Source: Candidatus Rokuibacteriota bacterium (lineage in GTDB: Bacteria; Methylomirabilota; Methylomirabilia; Rokubacteriales; JACPHL01). Taken from it: a DNA stretch of 33,153 bases. The stretch covers positions 1-33,153 of the forward strand of contig JACPHL010000115.1 of the NCBI GenBank assembly GCA_016188625.1, written 5' to 3'. How positions within the stretch are numbered: the first letter of the stretch is position 1; every line of letters starts with the position of its first letter. This document shows positions 1-10,015 of the stretch, in pieces. The notes below the pieces were generated by a model, which saw nothing but the letters and a program-made list of their open reading frames with translations, did not search any database and was not told the origin of the DNA. The position numbers and the translations under genes were made by a program.

Positions 1-101
1 CACCAACGGGTGGCGCGCGGGGCCGACAGGACGGCGTGCATCGCGTCCACGTCCTCGGCGCGGGCGGTGCGCAGCTTGAGACGGGGCGTGAGGATCTCCA
101 T
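1..101 (-). CDS. GNAT-family N-acetyltransferase, N-terminal fragment running off the left edge
   Basis: The reverse complement of 1-101 reads ATG(101-99) MEILTPRLKLRTARAEDVDAMHAVLSAPRATRW, with GGAG 7 nt upstream. The RLxLRxxxxxD N-terminus resembles RimJ/RimL-type GNATs. It is not in the ORF track because it is truncated by the window edge. Confidence 0.4.
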   Translation of the reverse strand, partial: MEILTPRLKLRTARAEDVDAMHAVLSAPRATRW

Positions 102-1317
102 CGCCCGTCTCCGCGAGGACCTGGAGACCCTGGCCCGGATCGGCCGCTCTCCCTCCGGGGGGATCAGCCGGCCGGCCTGGAGCCCGGCCCACGAGGAGGC
201 CCGCGCCTGGCTCCTGGGGCGCCTCCGCGACGCCGGGCTGGAGGTCTCGGTGGACGCCGCCGGGAACATCGTCGGCCGGCTGGGGGACGGCGGCCCCGCG
301 GTCATGACCGGCTCCCACATCGATACCGTCCCGGACGGCGGCCCCTTCGACGGGGCGCTTGGGGTGCTGGCGGCCCTGGAGTGCCTCCGGACGATCCGGG
401 AGGCCGGGGTCCGGCCTCCCCGGCCGCTCGAGGTCGCGGCCTTCACCGACGAGGAGGGGCGCTACCACGGTTTCTTCGGCTCGCGGGCGATGACCGGCCA
501 GCTCGACCCGGCCCTGATCCCGCGCCTCGCCGACCCGACGGGAGACCGGCTCGAGGCGGCGATGACCCGGGCCGGCTTCGATCCCTCGAAGGCCGCCGGC
601 GCGGCGCGCGACCCTCGCGGGATCGCGGCCTACGTCGAGCTCCACATCGAGCAGGGGCCGTGGCTCGAGGCCGAGGGGATCCCCATCGGGGTCGTCGAGG
701 CGGTGGTGGGGATCCGCCGGCTGCGCCTGACCTTCGTGGGCTCCCCCGATCACGCCGGGACCACGCCCATGGACCGCCGCCGGGACAGCTTCTTCACCGC
801 CGCCGAGTACGCGGTGAAGACCCGCGATCTCGTCGTCAAGCGCGGCAGCGGGCGGAGCGTGACCACCATCGGCGTGGTGGAGGTCAGGCCCGGGGTCCCC
901 AACATCGTCCCCGCCCGGACCGCGCTGCTGCAGGAGTTCCGCGACGCCGACCCCACCGTGGTGGATCGCCTGGCGCGCGAGACGGTGGCCCTGGCCCGGC
1001 GGGTGGCCCGGCGCCGCGGGCTCGAGGTCGCCATCGAGGAGCTGTTCCGCGCCGAGCCGGTCCGCCTCTCCCCGCGCATCCAGGCCGCGGTGGAGGCCGC
1101 GGCGGCTGAGCTGGGGCTTCCGACCAAGCGCATGCCCTCGGGCGCGGGGCACGACGCCCAGATCCTGGCCACCGTCACCGAGGCCGGGATGCTCTTCATC
1201 CCCAGCCAGGGCGGCCGGAGCCACCGGCCCGACGAGTGGAGCGACTGGGGCGCCATCGAGCAGGGCGCCAACGTCCTCCTCCACACCCTGCTCCGCCTCG
1301 CCGGGGAGGGGCGGTGA
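88..1317 (+). CDS. Peptidase M20 family amidohydrolase (allantoate amidohydrolase / N-carbamoyl-L-amino-acid hydrolase type)
   Basis: N-terminus LETLARIGRSPSGGISRPAWS, metal-binding block GSHIDTVPDGGPFDGALGV, and C-terminal MPSGAGHDAQ. The track ORF starts at 10, but that extension is the mirror frame of the divergent GNAT gene. GTG 88 is the first plausible start, and the start remains uncertain. Confidence 0.8.
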   Translation: MRISIARLREDLETLARIGRSPSGGISRPAWSPAHEEARAWLLGRLRDAGLEVSVDAAGNIVGRLGDGGPAVMTGSHIDTVPDGGPFDGALGVLAALECLRTIREAGVRPPRPLEVAAFTDEEGRYHGFFGSRAMTGQLDPALIPRLADPTGDRLEAAMTRAGFDPSKAAGAARDPRGIAAYVELHIEQGPWLEAEGIPIGVVEAVVGIRRLRLTFVGSPDHAGTTPMDRRRDSFFTAAEYAVKTRDLVVKRGSGRSVTTIGVVEVRPGVPNIVPARTALLQEFRDADPTVVDRLARETVALARRVARRRGLEVAIEELFRAEPVRLSPRIQAAVEAAAAELGLPTKRMPSGAGHDAQILATVTEAGMLFIPSQGGRSHRPDEWSDWGAIEQGANVLLHTLLRLAGEGR

Positions 1318-1400
1318 GCCGGAAATCCTTCTCCGGGCCTCGGGGGTTACGATATAGTCGTATCGCCGTCAAGGGGACAGATGGGTTCGAGGTGTAAGGC

Positions 1401-2711
1401 ATGAACATCTGCGTGGTGGGAGCCGGCTACGTCGGGCTCGTGACCGGGGCCGTCTTCGCGGACCTCGGCAACGACGTGATCTGCGTGGACAACGACGCCG
1501 CGAAGGTGGAGGCGCTGAAGCGGGGGGTCGTCCCGATCTACGAGCCGGGCCTCCAGGAGATGGTGGATCGCAACGCCGCCGACGGCCGGTTGGCCTTCGC
1601 CACCGACCTGGAGGAGGCGGTCCGGCGGTCGGAGATCGTCTTCATCGCCGTCAGCACCCCGGCCAAGTCCAACGGCGAGAGCGACCTCTCGGCGGTGGAG
1701 GAGGTGGCCCGGGGGATCGCCCGGGTCCTGGACCGCTACAAGGTCATCGTCAACAAGTCCACCGTCCCGGTCGGGACGGGGGATCTGGTCCGGCGGATCG
1801 TCGAGGCCCATCGCGCCCGGCCGGTGGAGTTCGACGTCGTCGCCAACCCCGAGTTCCTGCGCGAGGGCTCCGCCATCGAGGACACCCTCCGGCCGGACCG
1901 GATCGTCATCGGCGCCCCCAGCCAGTCGGTCGCCATGCTGCTCCTGGAGCTGTACGCCCCCCTCGGGCGCCCCATGATCATCACCGACGTCCAGTCGGCG
2001 GAGATGATCAAGTACGCCTCCAACGCCTTCCTGGCCACGAAGATCTCCTTCATCAACGCCATCGCCGACCTGTGCGAGCTGGCCTCCGCGGACGTGGGCC
2101 AGGTGGTGAAGGGGATGGGGCTCGACCCGCGGATCGGCCCGGCCTTCCTCCAGGCCGGGCTCGGCTACGGCGGCTCCTGCTTCCCCAAGGACACCGACAG
2201 CCTCATCCAGACCGCGGCCCAGCTGGGGTACGACTTCCGGCTCCTCCGGGCCGTGGCCGAGATCAACCGGGAGCGGACCGTCCGCTTCGTGGAGCTGATC
2301 GAGAAGGTGCTCTCGCCCCTCCCGGATCGGGTCATCGCGGTCCTCGGCCTGGCCTTCAAGCCCAACACCGACGACATGCGCGAGGCCCGCTCCATCGAGG
2401 TCGTCCGGCTCCTCCTGGAGCGCGGCGCCAGGATCCAGGCCTACGACCCGGTGGCCATGGCCAACGCCCAGCGGATCCTGCCGCCCGAGGTCCGCTACTG
2501 CCCGTCCTCCTACGAGGCCGCGGAAGGGGCCGACGCCCTGGCGGTGGTCACCGAGTGGAACGCGTTCAAGCTCCTGAACCTCGAGCGGATCCGCCGGGCG
2601 ATGCGCCGCCCCCTGGTCTTCGACGGCCGGAACCTCTACGAGCCGGAGCGGATGCGCCGGCTGGGGTTCGAGTACTATTCCATCGGCCGCAGGCCCGTTT
2701 CCCCGTCCTAG
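1401..2711 (+). CDS. ugd: UDP-glucose 6-dehydrogenase
   Basis: 436 aa. Rossmann N-terminus MNICVVGAGYVGLVTGAVFADLGNDV, catalytic GGSCFPKD motif, and UDP-glucose/GDP-mannose dehydrogenase architecture. Confidence 0.93.
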   Translation: MNICVVGAGYVGLVTGAVFADLGNDVICVDNDAAKVEALKRGVVPIYEPGLQEMVDRNAADGRLAFATDLEEAVRRSEIVFIAVSTPAKSNGESDLSAVEEVARGIARVLDRYKVIVNKSTVPVGTGDLVRRIVEAHRARPVEFDVVANPEFLREGSAIEDTLRPDRIVIGAPSQSVAMLLLELYAPLGRPMIITDVQSAEMIKYASNAFLATKISFINAIADLCELASADVGQVVKGMGLDPRIGPAFLQAGLGYGGSCFPKDTDSLIQTAAQLGYDFRLLRAVAEINRERTVRFVELIEKVLSPLPDRVIAVLGLAFKPNTDDMREARSIEVVRLLLERGARIQAYDPVAMANAQRILPPEVRYCPSSYEAAEGADALAVVTEWNAFKLLNLERIRRAMRRPLVFDGRNLYEPERMRRLGFEYYSIGRRPVSPS

Positions 2712-2793
2712 CACACGATCGCTCAGGTCCTGTGTTTCAGAACGAGGTACGGATAGAATTCGGCAACGCGAGGCCAAAGCGGTCCAGCCGGGT

Positions 2794-2887
2794 CTTGGGG
2801 GGAGGCAGGCCCCGAAGCCGGTCGCCGAAGGGCGACCGGACGGCTTCGCCGGGGGCCGTCGGAAGGGGGGCGGAGCCCCCCTCCGAG
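2794..2887 (+). repeat. Structured intergenic repeat, copy 1 (shared head and tail, short central hairpin)
   Basis: The head CTTGGGGGGAGGCAGGCCCCGAAGCC and tail GGCTTCGCC..GGGCCGTCGGAAGGGGGGCGGAGCCCCCCTCCGAG are shared with copies at 9243 and 16654. The central hairpin is GTCGCC-GAAG-GGCGAC. The copy ends 7 nt before the uxs start. Confidence 0.8.
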
Positions 2888-2894
2888 ATGTAGC

Positions 2895-3827
2895 GTGATG
2901 CGCGGCCTGGTCACGGGCGGGGCCGGCTTCATCGGTTCCCACCTCTCGGAGTTCCTCCTGGCCCGGGGGTGCGAGGTCGTCTGCCTCGACAACCTCCTGA
3001 CCGGGGCGATCGAGAACATCGACCCCCTCCGCTCCGAGCGCTTCACCTTCATCAAGCTCGACGTCACCACCTACATCTCCGTGGCGGGCCCCCTGGACTA
3101 CGTCCTCCACTTCGCGAGCCCGGCGAGCCCGGTGGACTACCTCGATCTCCCCATCCAGACCCTCAAGGTCGGGGCCCTGGGGACCCACAAGGCCCTGGGG
3201 CTCGCCAAGGAGAAGGGGGCGCGCTTCCTGCTGGCCTCGACCTCGGAGGTCTACGGGGACCCGCTGGTCCACCCCCAGCGCGAGGAGTACTGGGGGAACG
3301 TCAACCCGGTGGGCCCCCGCGGGGTCTACGACGAGGCCAAGCGCTTCGCCGAGGCCCTGACCATGGCCTACCACCGCGCCCACGGCCTGGACACCCGCAT
3401 CGTCCGCATCTTCAACAGCTTCGCCCCCCGGATGCGGATGCACGACGGCCGGGCCATCCCGACCTTCATCACCCAGGCCCTCCAGGGCCGGCCCCTCACC
3501 GTCAACGGCGACGGCACCCAGACCCGCTCGCTCATGTACATCCCAGACCTCATCGAGGGGATCTGCCGGCTGATGCAGGCCCCCGTCCACGACCCGGTCA
3601 ACCTCGGCAACCCGCAGGAGATGACCATCCTCGACCTGGCCAAGGCGATCCTCCGGCTCACCGGGAGCGCGAGCCCGATCGTCTTCCGGCCCGCGGGCGC
3701 CGACGACCCCAAGGTGCGGCAGCCCGACATCGGCCGGGCGCGCCAGCTCCTGGGCTGGGAGCCGCAGGTGGAGGTGGAGGAAGGGCTCCGGCGGACGATC
3801 GAGTGGTTCCGGGGGAGGCTCGGGTGA
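2895..3827 (+). CDS. uxs: UDP-glucuronate decarboxylase (UDP-xylose synthase), extended SDR
   Basis: 310 aa. [11 protein letters not shown] Rossmann motif, YDEAKR (YxxxK), and a [23 protein letters not shown] block typical of UXS. GTG 2895 and ATG 2898 are alternative starts. Confidence 0.88.
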   Translation: MMRGLVTGGAGFIGSHLSEFLLARGCEVVCLDNLLTGAIENIDPLRSERFTFIKLDVTTYISVAGPLDYVLHFASPASPVDYLDLPIQTLKVGALGTHKALGLAKEKGARFLLASTSEVYGDPLVHPQREEYWGNVNPVGPRGVYDEAKRFAEALTMAYHRAHGLDTRIVRIFNSFAPRMRMHDGRAIPTFITQALQGRPLTVNGDGTQTRSLMYIPDLIEGICRLMQAPVHDPVNLGNPQEMTILDLAKAILRLTGSASPIVFRPAGADDPKVRQPDIGRARQLLGWEPQVEVEEGLRRTIEWFRGRLG

Positions 3828-4753
3828 GGCTCCTGGTCACGGGCGGGGCCGGCTTCATCGGTTCCCACCTCGTGGACCGCCTCGTGGCGGGGGGGCACGA
3901 GGTGGCGGTCGTGGACAACCTCGACACCGGCCGCGCCGAGCGCGTCCGGCCGCCGGCGCGCCTCCACCGGGTGGACCTCCGGAGCCCCCGGCTCGCCGAG
4001 GTGCTGGCGGCCGAGCGGCCGGAGGTGGTCTTCCATCAGGCGGCCCAGACCCAGCTCCGCCGCTCGGTGGACGACCCCGTCTTCGACGCCGGGGTCAACG
4101 TCGTGGGGAGCCTGAACCTCCTGGAGGCCTGCCGGCGGGTCGGCGTCCGGCGGGTCATCTTCGCCTCCTCCGGGGGCGCCATCTACGGGGACACCGAGGC
4201 CCTCCCCACCCCTGAGGACCACCTGCCCCGGCCGGCCTCGCCCTACGGCGTCGCCAAGCTGGCCGTGGAGCACTACCTGGCCTGCTGGCAGGGCCTCTAC
4301 GGGATCGGGATCGTGAGCCTCCGCTACGCCAACGTCTACGGCCCCCGGCAGGACCCGTTCGGGGAGGCGGGCGTGGTGGCGATCTTCGCCCACCGGATGC
4401 TCCGGGGCGAGCCGCCCCTGATCAACGGCGACGGCGAGCAGACGCGGGACTACGTCTACGTGGACGACGTGGTGGAGGCGAACCTCCGGGTCCTGGAGCA
4501 CCCCGAGGTGTCTGGCCCCCTCAACATCGGGACGGGCCTCGAGACCTCGGTGAACGCCCTCTTCCACCGGCTCCGCGAGCTGACCGCGGCCGCGGTCCCG
4601 GAGCGGCACGGCCCCCCCAAGGCGGGCGAGCAGCGGCGGAGCGGGCTCGACGTCTCGCTGGCCAAGCGGCTGCTCGGCTGGACGCCCCGGGTGGGCCTGG
4701 CCGAGGGGCTCGCCCGCACCGTGGAGCACTTCAGGAGGGAGCGCGATGCTTGA
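3824..4753 (+). CDS. NAD-dependent epimerase/dehydratase (UDP-glucose 4-epimerase-like)
   Basis: GTG 3824 overlaps the uxs stop (GTGA). [15 protein letters not shown] Rossmann motif and [13 protein letters not shown] (YxxxK). The N-terminal 285 aa of track ORF 2969..4753 are off-frame Pro/Arg-rich readthrough. Confidence 0.85.
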   Translation: MRLLVTGGAGFIGSHLVDRLVAGGHEVAVVDNLDTGRAERVRPPARLHRVDLRSPRLAEVLAAERPEVVFHQAAQTQLRRSVDDPVFDAGVNVVGSLNLLEACRRVGVRRVIFASSGGAIYGDTEALPTPEDHLPRPASPYGVAKLAVEHYLACWQGLYGIGIVSLRYANVYGPRQDPFGEAGVVAIFAHRMLRGEPPLINGDGEQTRDYVYVDDVVEANLRVLEHPEVSGPLNIGTGLETSVNALFHRLRELTAAAVPERHGPPKAGEQRRSGLDVSLAKRLLGWTPRVGLAEGLARTVEHFRRERDA

Positions 4754-4922
4754 CGAGGAGCTGAAGGCGATCCTGGCCTGTCCGGCGTGCAAGGGCGACC
4801 TCCGCTTCGAGGAGACCCGGATCATCTGCCCGGCCTGCCGGAAGGCCTACCCCATCCGCGACGGGATCCCGGTGATGCTCATCAGCGAAGCCGAGGAGTG
4901 GACCCCGCCCCCCGGCTCATGA
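4746..4922 (+). CDS. Trm112/YcaR (UPF0434) family zinc-ribbon mini-protein
   Basis: 58 aa and absent from the ORF track: [58 protein letters not shown]. It has two CPxC knuckles plus the IPVML motif. Its ATG overlaps the upstream stop, and its stop overlaps the next ATG (ATGA). Confidence 0.75.
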   Translation: MLDEELKAILACPACKGDLRFEETRIICPACRKAYPIRDGIPVMLISEAEEWTPPPGS

Positions 4923-5998
4923 AGGGGCTCCAGGCGGTCATCCTGGCAGGCGGGTTCGGGACCCGCCTGCGCCCGCTCACCCTTCACCGCCCCAAGCCCG
5001 TGGTTCCGCTCCTCAACCACCCCTTCCTCCACTACCAGCTCGCCCTCCTGGCCGCCCACGAGGTCCGGGACGTCATCCTCTCCGTCTCCCACCTCCCGGA
5101 GACGATCCGGGCGGTGATGGGCGACGGCTCCGCGCTGGGGGTCCGGCTCCGCTACGCGGTCGAGGACGAGCCGCTCGGGACCGCCGGGGGGGTCCGGAAC
5201 GCCGCCGACCTGGTCGAGGGGCGGGTGGTGGTCCTGAACGGCGACGTCCTCACCGACCTCGACCTCTCCCGGATGCTCGCCGCCCACGAGGCGCGGCGGG
5301 CCCGGGCGACGATCTACCTGACCCCCGTCGAGAACCCCACCGCCTACGGCCTGGTCGAGCTGGACCCGGAGGGGCGGGTGCGGCGGTTCCTGGAGAAGCC
5401 GGGGTGGGACGAGGTGACCGCCAACACCGTCAACGCCGGGGTCTACATCCTGGAGCGGGAGCTCCTGGAGCTGGTCCCCAAGGGGCGGCCCTACTCGATG
5501 GAGCGCGAGTTCTTCCCCGACCTCCTCGCGCGGGGCGTCCCCTTCTTCGGCCACGTCGATCCGGCGTACTGGCTCGACATCGGGACCACCGAGAAGTACC
5601 TCCAGGCCCACCGCGACCTCCTGGAGGGACGCCTCCGCTCCCCCCTCCGCCCCCGCGGCCGGGCGCTCGGGGAGGGGTGGGTCGAGCCGGGGACCTCCAT
5701 CGCCGAGAGCGCCCGGCTCGTCGGGCCGGTCGTGCTGGGGGCGGGCTGCCGGGTCGAGGCCGAGGCCCGCGTGGGCCCCGCGGTCGTCCTGGGCGCCGGG
5801 TGCGTCGTCGGGGCGGGCGCGCACCTCGAGGGGGCGGTTCTCTGGGAGTCGGTGAGCGTGGGGGCGGGCGCGCGCCTCAGCGGATGCCTCGTCGCGCGGG
5901 ACTGCCGGATCGGCGCCCACGCGCGCCTGACCCCCGGCGTGGTCCTGGGGGAGGGCTCGGTCGTCACCGAGCACTCCCGGGTCGCGCCCGGCCCATGA
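4919..5998 (+). CDS. NDP-sugar pyrophosphorylase (mannose-1-phosphate guanylyltransferase-like) with C-terminal hexapeptide-repeat domain
   Basis: ATG 4919 gives [21 protein letters not shown] (nucleotidyltransferase signature), followed by a left-handed beta-helix-like repeat tail. The track start at 4787 is an upstream extension. Confidence 0.85.
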   Translation: MKGLQAVILAGGFGTRLRPLTLHRPKPVVPLLNHPFLHYQLALLAAHEVRDVILSVSHLPETIRAVMGDGSALGVRLRYAVEDEPLGTAGGVRNAADLVEGRVVVLNGDVLTDLDLSRMLAAHEARRARATIYLTPVENPTAYGLVELDPEGRVRRFLEKPGWDEVTANTVNAGVYILERELLELVPKGRPYSMEREFFPDLLARGVPFFGHVDPAYWLDIGTTEKYLQAHRDLLEGRLRSPLRPRGRALGEGWVEPGTSIAESARLVGPVVLGAGCRVEAEARVGPAVVLGAGCVVGAGAHLEGAVLWESVSVGAGARLSGCLVARDCRIGAHARLTPGVVLGEGSVVTEHSRVAPGP

Positions 5999-7419
5999 CC
6001 CTTCGCTTCGGGACCGACGGGTGGCGGGAGGTGATCGCCGAGGAGTTCACCCTGGCCAACGTGGCGGTGGTGGCCCAGGCGATCGCCGACGCCCTCCCCG
6101 GCGGCGCCCGGCCGGTGGTGGTCGGCTACGACACCCGCTTCGCCTCCCGGACGGCCGCGGAGCTGGCGGCCGAGGTGCTGGCGGCCAACGGCTTCGAGGT
6201 CCTCCTCGGGAGCGGCCCGGTCCCCACCCCGGCCGTCTCCTTCGCCGTCCGGGCCCACGGGGCGGTCGCCGGGGTGGTGGTCACGGCGAGCCACAACCCC
6301 TACTGGTTCAACGGGCTCAAGCTCAAGGCCGACTTCGGGGGCTCGGCCCCGCCCGAGCTGACGGCGAGGGTCGAGGCGGCGCTGGGGCGGACGCCGCCCC
6401 GGCGGCTCGGAGCGGCCAAGGCCGCGGCCCGCATCACGACGGTGGACCTCCTCCCCGCCTATCTCGAGGGCGTGGGGCGCCTCGTCGTCCGCGAGCCCCG
6501 CCCCGTCCGGCCGCTCACGGTGATCGCCGATCCCCTCTACGGGGCCGTGGACGGCCTGCTGGCGCGCCTGCTGCCGCCGGCCTGGGGGAGCGTCCGGGTG
6601 ATCCACGACCGGGCCGACCCCCTCTTCGGGGGCCTCCACCCCGAGCCGATCCCGCCGCACCTCGACCCCCTCGCGGCCGAGGTGCGCCGCGCCTCGGCCG
6701 ACCTCGGGCTGGCCACCGACTGCGACGGCGACCGGCTGGGCGTGATCGGGCCCGACGGGAGCTACGTCTCACCCCACCAGGTCCTGGCCCTCCTGCTCCT
6801 GCACCTCCACCGCCACCGGGGCTGGCGGGGGGAGGTGGTCAAGGGGTTCGCCGTCGGGGTCCAGACCGATCGGCTCTGCGAGCGTCTCGGCCTCGTCCTC
6901 CACGTGACCCCGATCGGGTTCAAGCACATCGCCCCCCTGATGCTCAGTCGTGATATCCTGATCGGTGGAGAGGAATCCGGCGGCGTCGGGTTCAAGGGGC
7001 ACCTCCCCGAGCGCGACGGTCTCCTCACGGCCCTCTTCCTCCTCGAGTGCCTGGTCATGGAGGGGAAGGGGCTCCCGGAGCTCGTCGCCGCCATGGAGGC
7101 CGAGGCCGGGCCCGCCGTCTACCAGCGCCGGGACTACCATCTCCCTCCCGAGGTCGGGCGGCGGCTCCTGGCGCGGCTGGACCAGGCCCCGCCGGCGCGG
7201 CTCGGGGGGGAGCGGGTCGTCCGGCGGGAGGATCTGGACGGCCGGAAGCTCTGGCTCGCCGACGGGGCGTGGGTCCTGATCCGGCCCTCGGGGACCGAGC
7301 CGGTCCTCAGGGTCTACATCGAGGCCCCCGAGGCGGGGGAGGTGGAGGCGCTCCACGCGGCCGCCGCCGACCTCGTCCGGTCGCTCGCGGGGGAGCGTGA
7401 GGGTCCGGCCTCGCTGTGA
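5995..7419 (+). CDS. Phosphomannomutase/phosphoglucomutase
   Basis: ATG 5995 has an ATGA overlap with the upstream stop. [11 protein letters not shown] phosphoserine loop, TDCDGDR metal loop and GGEESGG sugar loop. Confidence 0.88.
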   Translation: MTLRFGTDGWREVIAEEFTLANVAVVAQAIADALPGGARPVVVGYDTRFASRTAAELAAEVLAANGFEVLLGSGPVPTPAVSFAVRAHGAVAGVVVTASHNPYWFNGLKLKADFGGSAPPELTARVEAALGRTPPRRLGAAKAAARITTVDLLPAYLEGVGRLVVREPRPVRPLTVIADPLYGAVDGLLARLLPPAWGSVRVIHDRADPLFGGLHPEPIPPHLDPLAAEVRRASADLGLATDCDGDRLGVIGPDGSYVSPHQVLALLLLHLHRHRGWRGEVVKGFAVGVQTDRLCERLGLVLHVTPIGFKHIAPLMLSRDILIGGEESGGVGFKGHLPERDGLLTALFLLECLVMEGKGLPELVAAMEAEAGPAVYQRRDYHLPPEVGRRLLARLDQAPPARLGGERVVRREDLDGRKLWLADGAWVLIRPSGTEPVLRVYIEAPEAGEVEALHAAAADLVRSLAGEREGPASL

Positions 7420-7421
7420 CC

Positions 7422-9212
7422 ATGAGCCTTGAACTGATCCGAACCTTCTCCATCATCGCCCACATCGACCACGGCAAATCGACCCTGGCCGATCGCCTGC
7501 TCGGGCTCTGCGGGGCCCTGGACCCGCGGAAGGCCGTGGACCAGGTCCTCGACTCCATGGACCTCGAGCGGGAGCGGGGGATCACCATCAAGGCCCACAC
7601 CGTCCGCCTCCTCTACCGGGCCCGCGACGGACGGGAGTACACCCTCAACCTCATCGACACCCCGGGCCACGTGGACTTCTCCTACGAGGTCTCCCGGAGC
7701 CTGGCGGCGTGCGAGGGGGCGATCCTGGTGGTGGACGCCGCGCAGGGGGTCGAGGCCCAAACCCTGGCCAACTACCACCTGGCCCTCGAGGCGGGCCTCG
7801 CCATCATCCCGGTCATCAACAAGATCGACCTCCCCCAGGCGGACGTGGAGGGGACGCGGGAGCAGCTCGCCGATATCCTCGGCCTCGACCCGGAGGAGGC
7901 GCTCCTCATCAGCGCCAAGGAGGGGACCGGGGTCCCCGAGGTCCTGGAGGCGATCGTCCGGCGGATCCCGCCGCCGCCCGGCGCCCCCCGGGGCCCCCTC
8001 AAGGCGCTGGTCTTCGACTCCTTCTACGACCCCTACCAGGGGGTCGTGGTCTACGTCCGCCTCCTGAACGGCCGGGTCCACCCCGGGATGAAGGTCCTCC
8101 TGATGTCCACGGCCAAGGTGTACGAGGTCCAGCAGGTGGGCGTCTTCACCCCGGCGCTCCGCCCGGTGGAGGAGCTGGCGGCCGGCCAGGTCGGCTACCT
8201 CACGGCGGGGATCAAGCGCGTGGCCGACTCCAAGGTCGGCGAGACCATCACCGACGCCCTCGTCCCCACGGCCGAGCCCTTCCCCGGCTACCGGGAGGCC
8301 AAGCCGATGGTCTTCTCCGGGCTCTACCCGGTGGAGGACACGGCCTACGGCGCCCTCCGGGACGCCCTGGAGAAGCTGCGCCTGAACGACTCGGCCTTCA
8401 CCTTCGAGCCCGAGAGCTCCAACGCCCTGGGCTTCGGCTTCCGCTGCGGGTTCCTGGGGATGCTCCACATGGAGATCATCCAGGAGCGCCTGGAGCGGGA
8501 GTTCGGCCTGACCCTGATCGCCACCGCCCCCAGCGTCCGCTACCGGGTGGTGGGCGCCGGGGGGGAGACCGTGGAGATCGACAACCCCTCGAAGCTCCCG
8601 CCCCCGGACAAGGTCGAGGTCATCGAGGAGCCCTACGTCCGCGGGGTCGTCTTCGTCCCCGTGGAGTTCATGGGGGCGGTCTACCGGCTGGCCCAGGAGA
8701 AGCGCGGCGAGCACCGCTCGGCGGACCACCTCGGCAAGCGGGTCCACCTCACCTTCGACTTCCCCCTGGCCGAGATCCTCGTGGACTTCTACGACCGGCT
8801 GAAGTCCCTCTCGCGGGGCTACGCCTCCTTCGACTACGACCTCCTGGAGTTCCGGCCCTCCCAGCTGGTCCGGCTCGACATCCTCCTCAACGGGGAGCCG
8901 GTGGACGCCCTCTCCCTGATCGTCCACCGCGACAAGGCCTACGAGCGGGGGAAGACCCTGGCGGAGCGGCTCAAGGGGGTGATCCCCCGCCAGCTCTTCG
9001 AGGTGGTCATCCAGGCGGCCATCGGGAGCCGGGTGATCGCCCGGGAGACCGTCCGGCCGCTCCGGAAGAACGTCACCGCCAAGTGCTACGGCGGCGACAT
9101 CACGCGGAAGCGCAAGCTCCTGGAGAAGCAGCGGGAGGGGAAGAAGCGGCTCAAGCAGCTGGGGCGCGTGGAGATCCCCCAGGAGGCCTTCCTCTCGGTC
9201 CTCAAGCCCTGA
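7422..9212 (+). CDS. lepA: Elongation factor 4
   Basis: [30 protein letters not shown] and NKID GTPase motifs, plus the conserved LepA C-terminal domain ([17 protein letters not shown]). Confidence 0.96.
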   Translation: MSLELIRTFSIIAHIDHGKSTLADRLLGLCGALDPRKAVDQVLDSMDLERERGITIKAHTVRLLYRARDGREYTLNLIDTPGHVDFSYEVSRSLAACEGAILVVDAAQGVEAQTLANYHLALEAGLAIIPVINKIDLPQADVEGTREQLADILGLDPEEALLISAKEGTGVPEVLEAIVRRIPPPPGAPRGPLKALVFDSFYDPYQGVVVYVRLLNGRVHPGMKVLLMSTAKVYEVQQVGVFTPALRPVEELAAGQVGYLTAGIKRVADSKVGETITDALVPTAEPFPGYREAKPMVFSGLYPVEDTAYGALRDALEKLRLNDSAFTFEPESSNALGFGFRCGFLGMLHMEIIQERLEREFGLTLIATAPSVRYRVVGAGGETVEIDNPSKLPPPDKVEVIEEPYVRGVVFVPVEFMGAVYRLAQEKRGEHRSADHLGKRVHLTFDFPLAEILVDFYDRLKSLSRGYASFDYDLLEFRPSQLVRLDILLNGEPVDALSLIVHRDKAYERGKTLAERLKGVIPRQLFEVVIQAAIGSRVIARETVRPLRKNVTAKCYGGDITRKRKLLEKQREGKKRLKQLGRVEIPQEAFLSVLKP

Positions 9213-9242
9213 GGCCTAGCTATGTGTTCGAGTAAAGTATCC

Positions 9243-9346
9243 GGGGGGAGGCAGGCCCCGAAGCCTTTCGCCAGCGGCGAAGCCGGCCTGGCGAAAGGTG
9301 GGCTTCGCCCAGGGCCGTCGGAAGGGGGGCAGAGCCCCCCTCCGAG
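9243..9346 (+). repeat. Structured intergenic repeat, copy 2 (long form)
   Basis: Near-identical to copy 3 over about 100 nt. Central hairpin TTTCGCCAG...CTGGCGAAA and 3' hairpin GGAAGGGGGG-CAGAG-CCCCCCTCC. It ends 6 nt before the lepB ATG. Confidence 0.85.
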
Positions 9347-9352
9347 TTAGAT

Positions 9353-10015
9353 ATGGATCCCGAGGTCAAGCCCGACCCTAAACCGGACGCCGACCCGGAC
9401 GCGACGCCCGCGCCCCGGGCCGCGGTGCGGCGGAAGTCCGTCCTCCGCGAGTACCTGGAGGCGATCCTCATCGCCGTCCTCCTGGCCCTCCTCATCCGCA
9501 CCTTCGTCGTCCAGGCCTTCAAGATCCCCTCCGGCTCCATGATCCCGAGCCTCCAGGTGGGGGACCACATCCTGGTCAACAAGTTCATCTACCGCTTCCG
9601 GGACCCCGGGCGCGGGGACGTCATCGTCTTCAAGTACCCGGTGGACGAATCCCGCGATTTCATCAAGCGGGTGATCGCGGTGGGTGGGGAGGACCTCTAC
9701 ATCAAAGGGCAGGAGGTCTACATCAACTGCCAGCCCCCCGAGACCGGCTGCCGCCCGCTGGAGGAGCCCTGGGCCTACTACGACGAGCGGCCGGTGGCCT
9801 CGGAGACCTTCGGCCCGGTCCACGTCCCCCCCGATGCCTACTTCGTCATGGGGGACAACCGGAACAACAGCCAGGACAGCCGCTTCTGGGGGTTCGTCCG
9901 GCGCGAGAAGGTGAAGGGGAAGGCCTTCATCATCTACTGGTCGTGGGATGGGGAGACGGGCAGTCCGCTCTGGGAGAAGGTCCGGTGGTCGCGGCTGGGG
10001 CGGCTGATCCCCTGA
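9353..10015 (+). CDS. lepB: Signal peptidase I
   Basis: SGSMIPSLQVGD (Ser nucleophile box), KRVIAVGGE (Lys box) and GDNRNNSQDSRFWG. Confidence 0.93.
   Translation: MDPEVKPDPKPDADPDATPAPRAAVRRKSVLREYLEAILIAVLLALLIRTFVVQAFKIPSGSMIPSLQVGDHILVNKFIYRFRDPGRGDVIVFKYPVDESRDFIKRVIAVGGEDLYIKGQEVYINCQPPETGCRPLEEPWAYYDERPVASETFGPVHVPPDAYFVMGDNRNNSQDSRFWGFVRREKVKGKAFIIYWSWDGETGSPLWEKVRWSRLGRLIP

Noticed and set aside
1347-3590. 747-aa minus-strand ORF. The same applies to other long minus-strand ORFs: 3368-4825, 4847-5974, 7314-8927, 9934-11199, 12254-13849, 17317-19941, 19541-21184, 20713-22338, 21764-23080, 23945-25135, 25891-27885 and 28076-29710.
   Set aside because: These are antisense shadows of well-supported plus-strand genes. 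The translations are Gly/Arg/Pro/Asp/Glu-rich low complexity with no recognisable motifs. They stay open only because stop codons are rare in a genome of about 70% GC.
2969-3823. N-terminal extensions of plus-strand track ORFs (2969-4753, 4787-5998, 5404-7419, 10578-12317, 11747-12919, 14075-15523, 23201-25186, 29768-30583).
   Set aside because: The upstream parts are off-frame readthrough across the preceding gene (Pro/Arg/Gly-rich). The conserved protein sequence starts at internal ATG or GTG codons that overlap or abut the previous stop.
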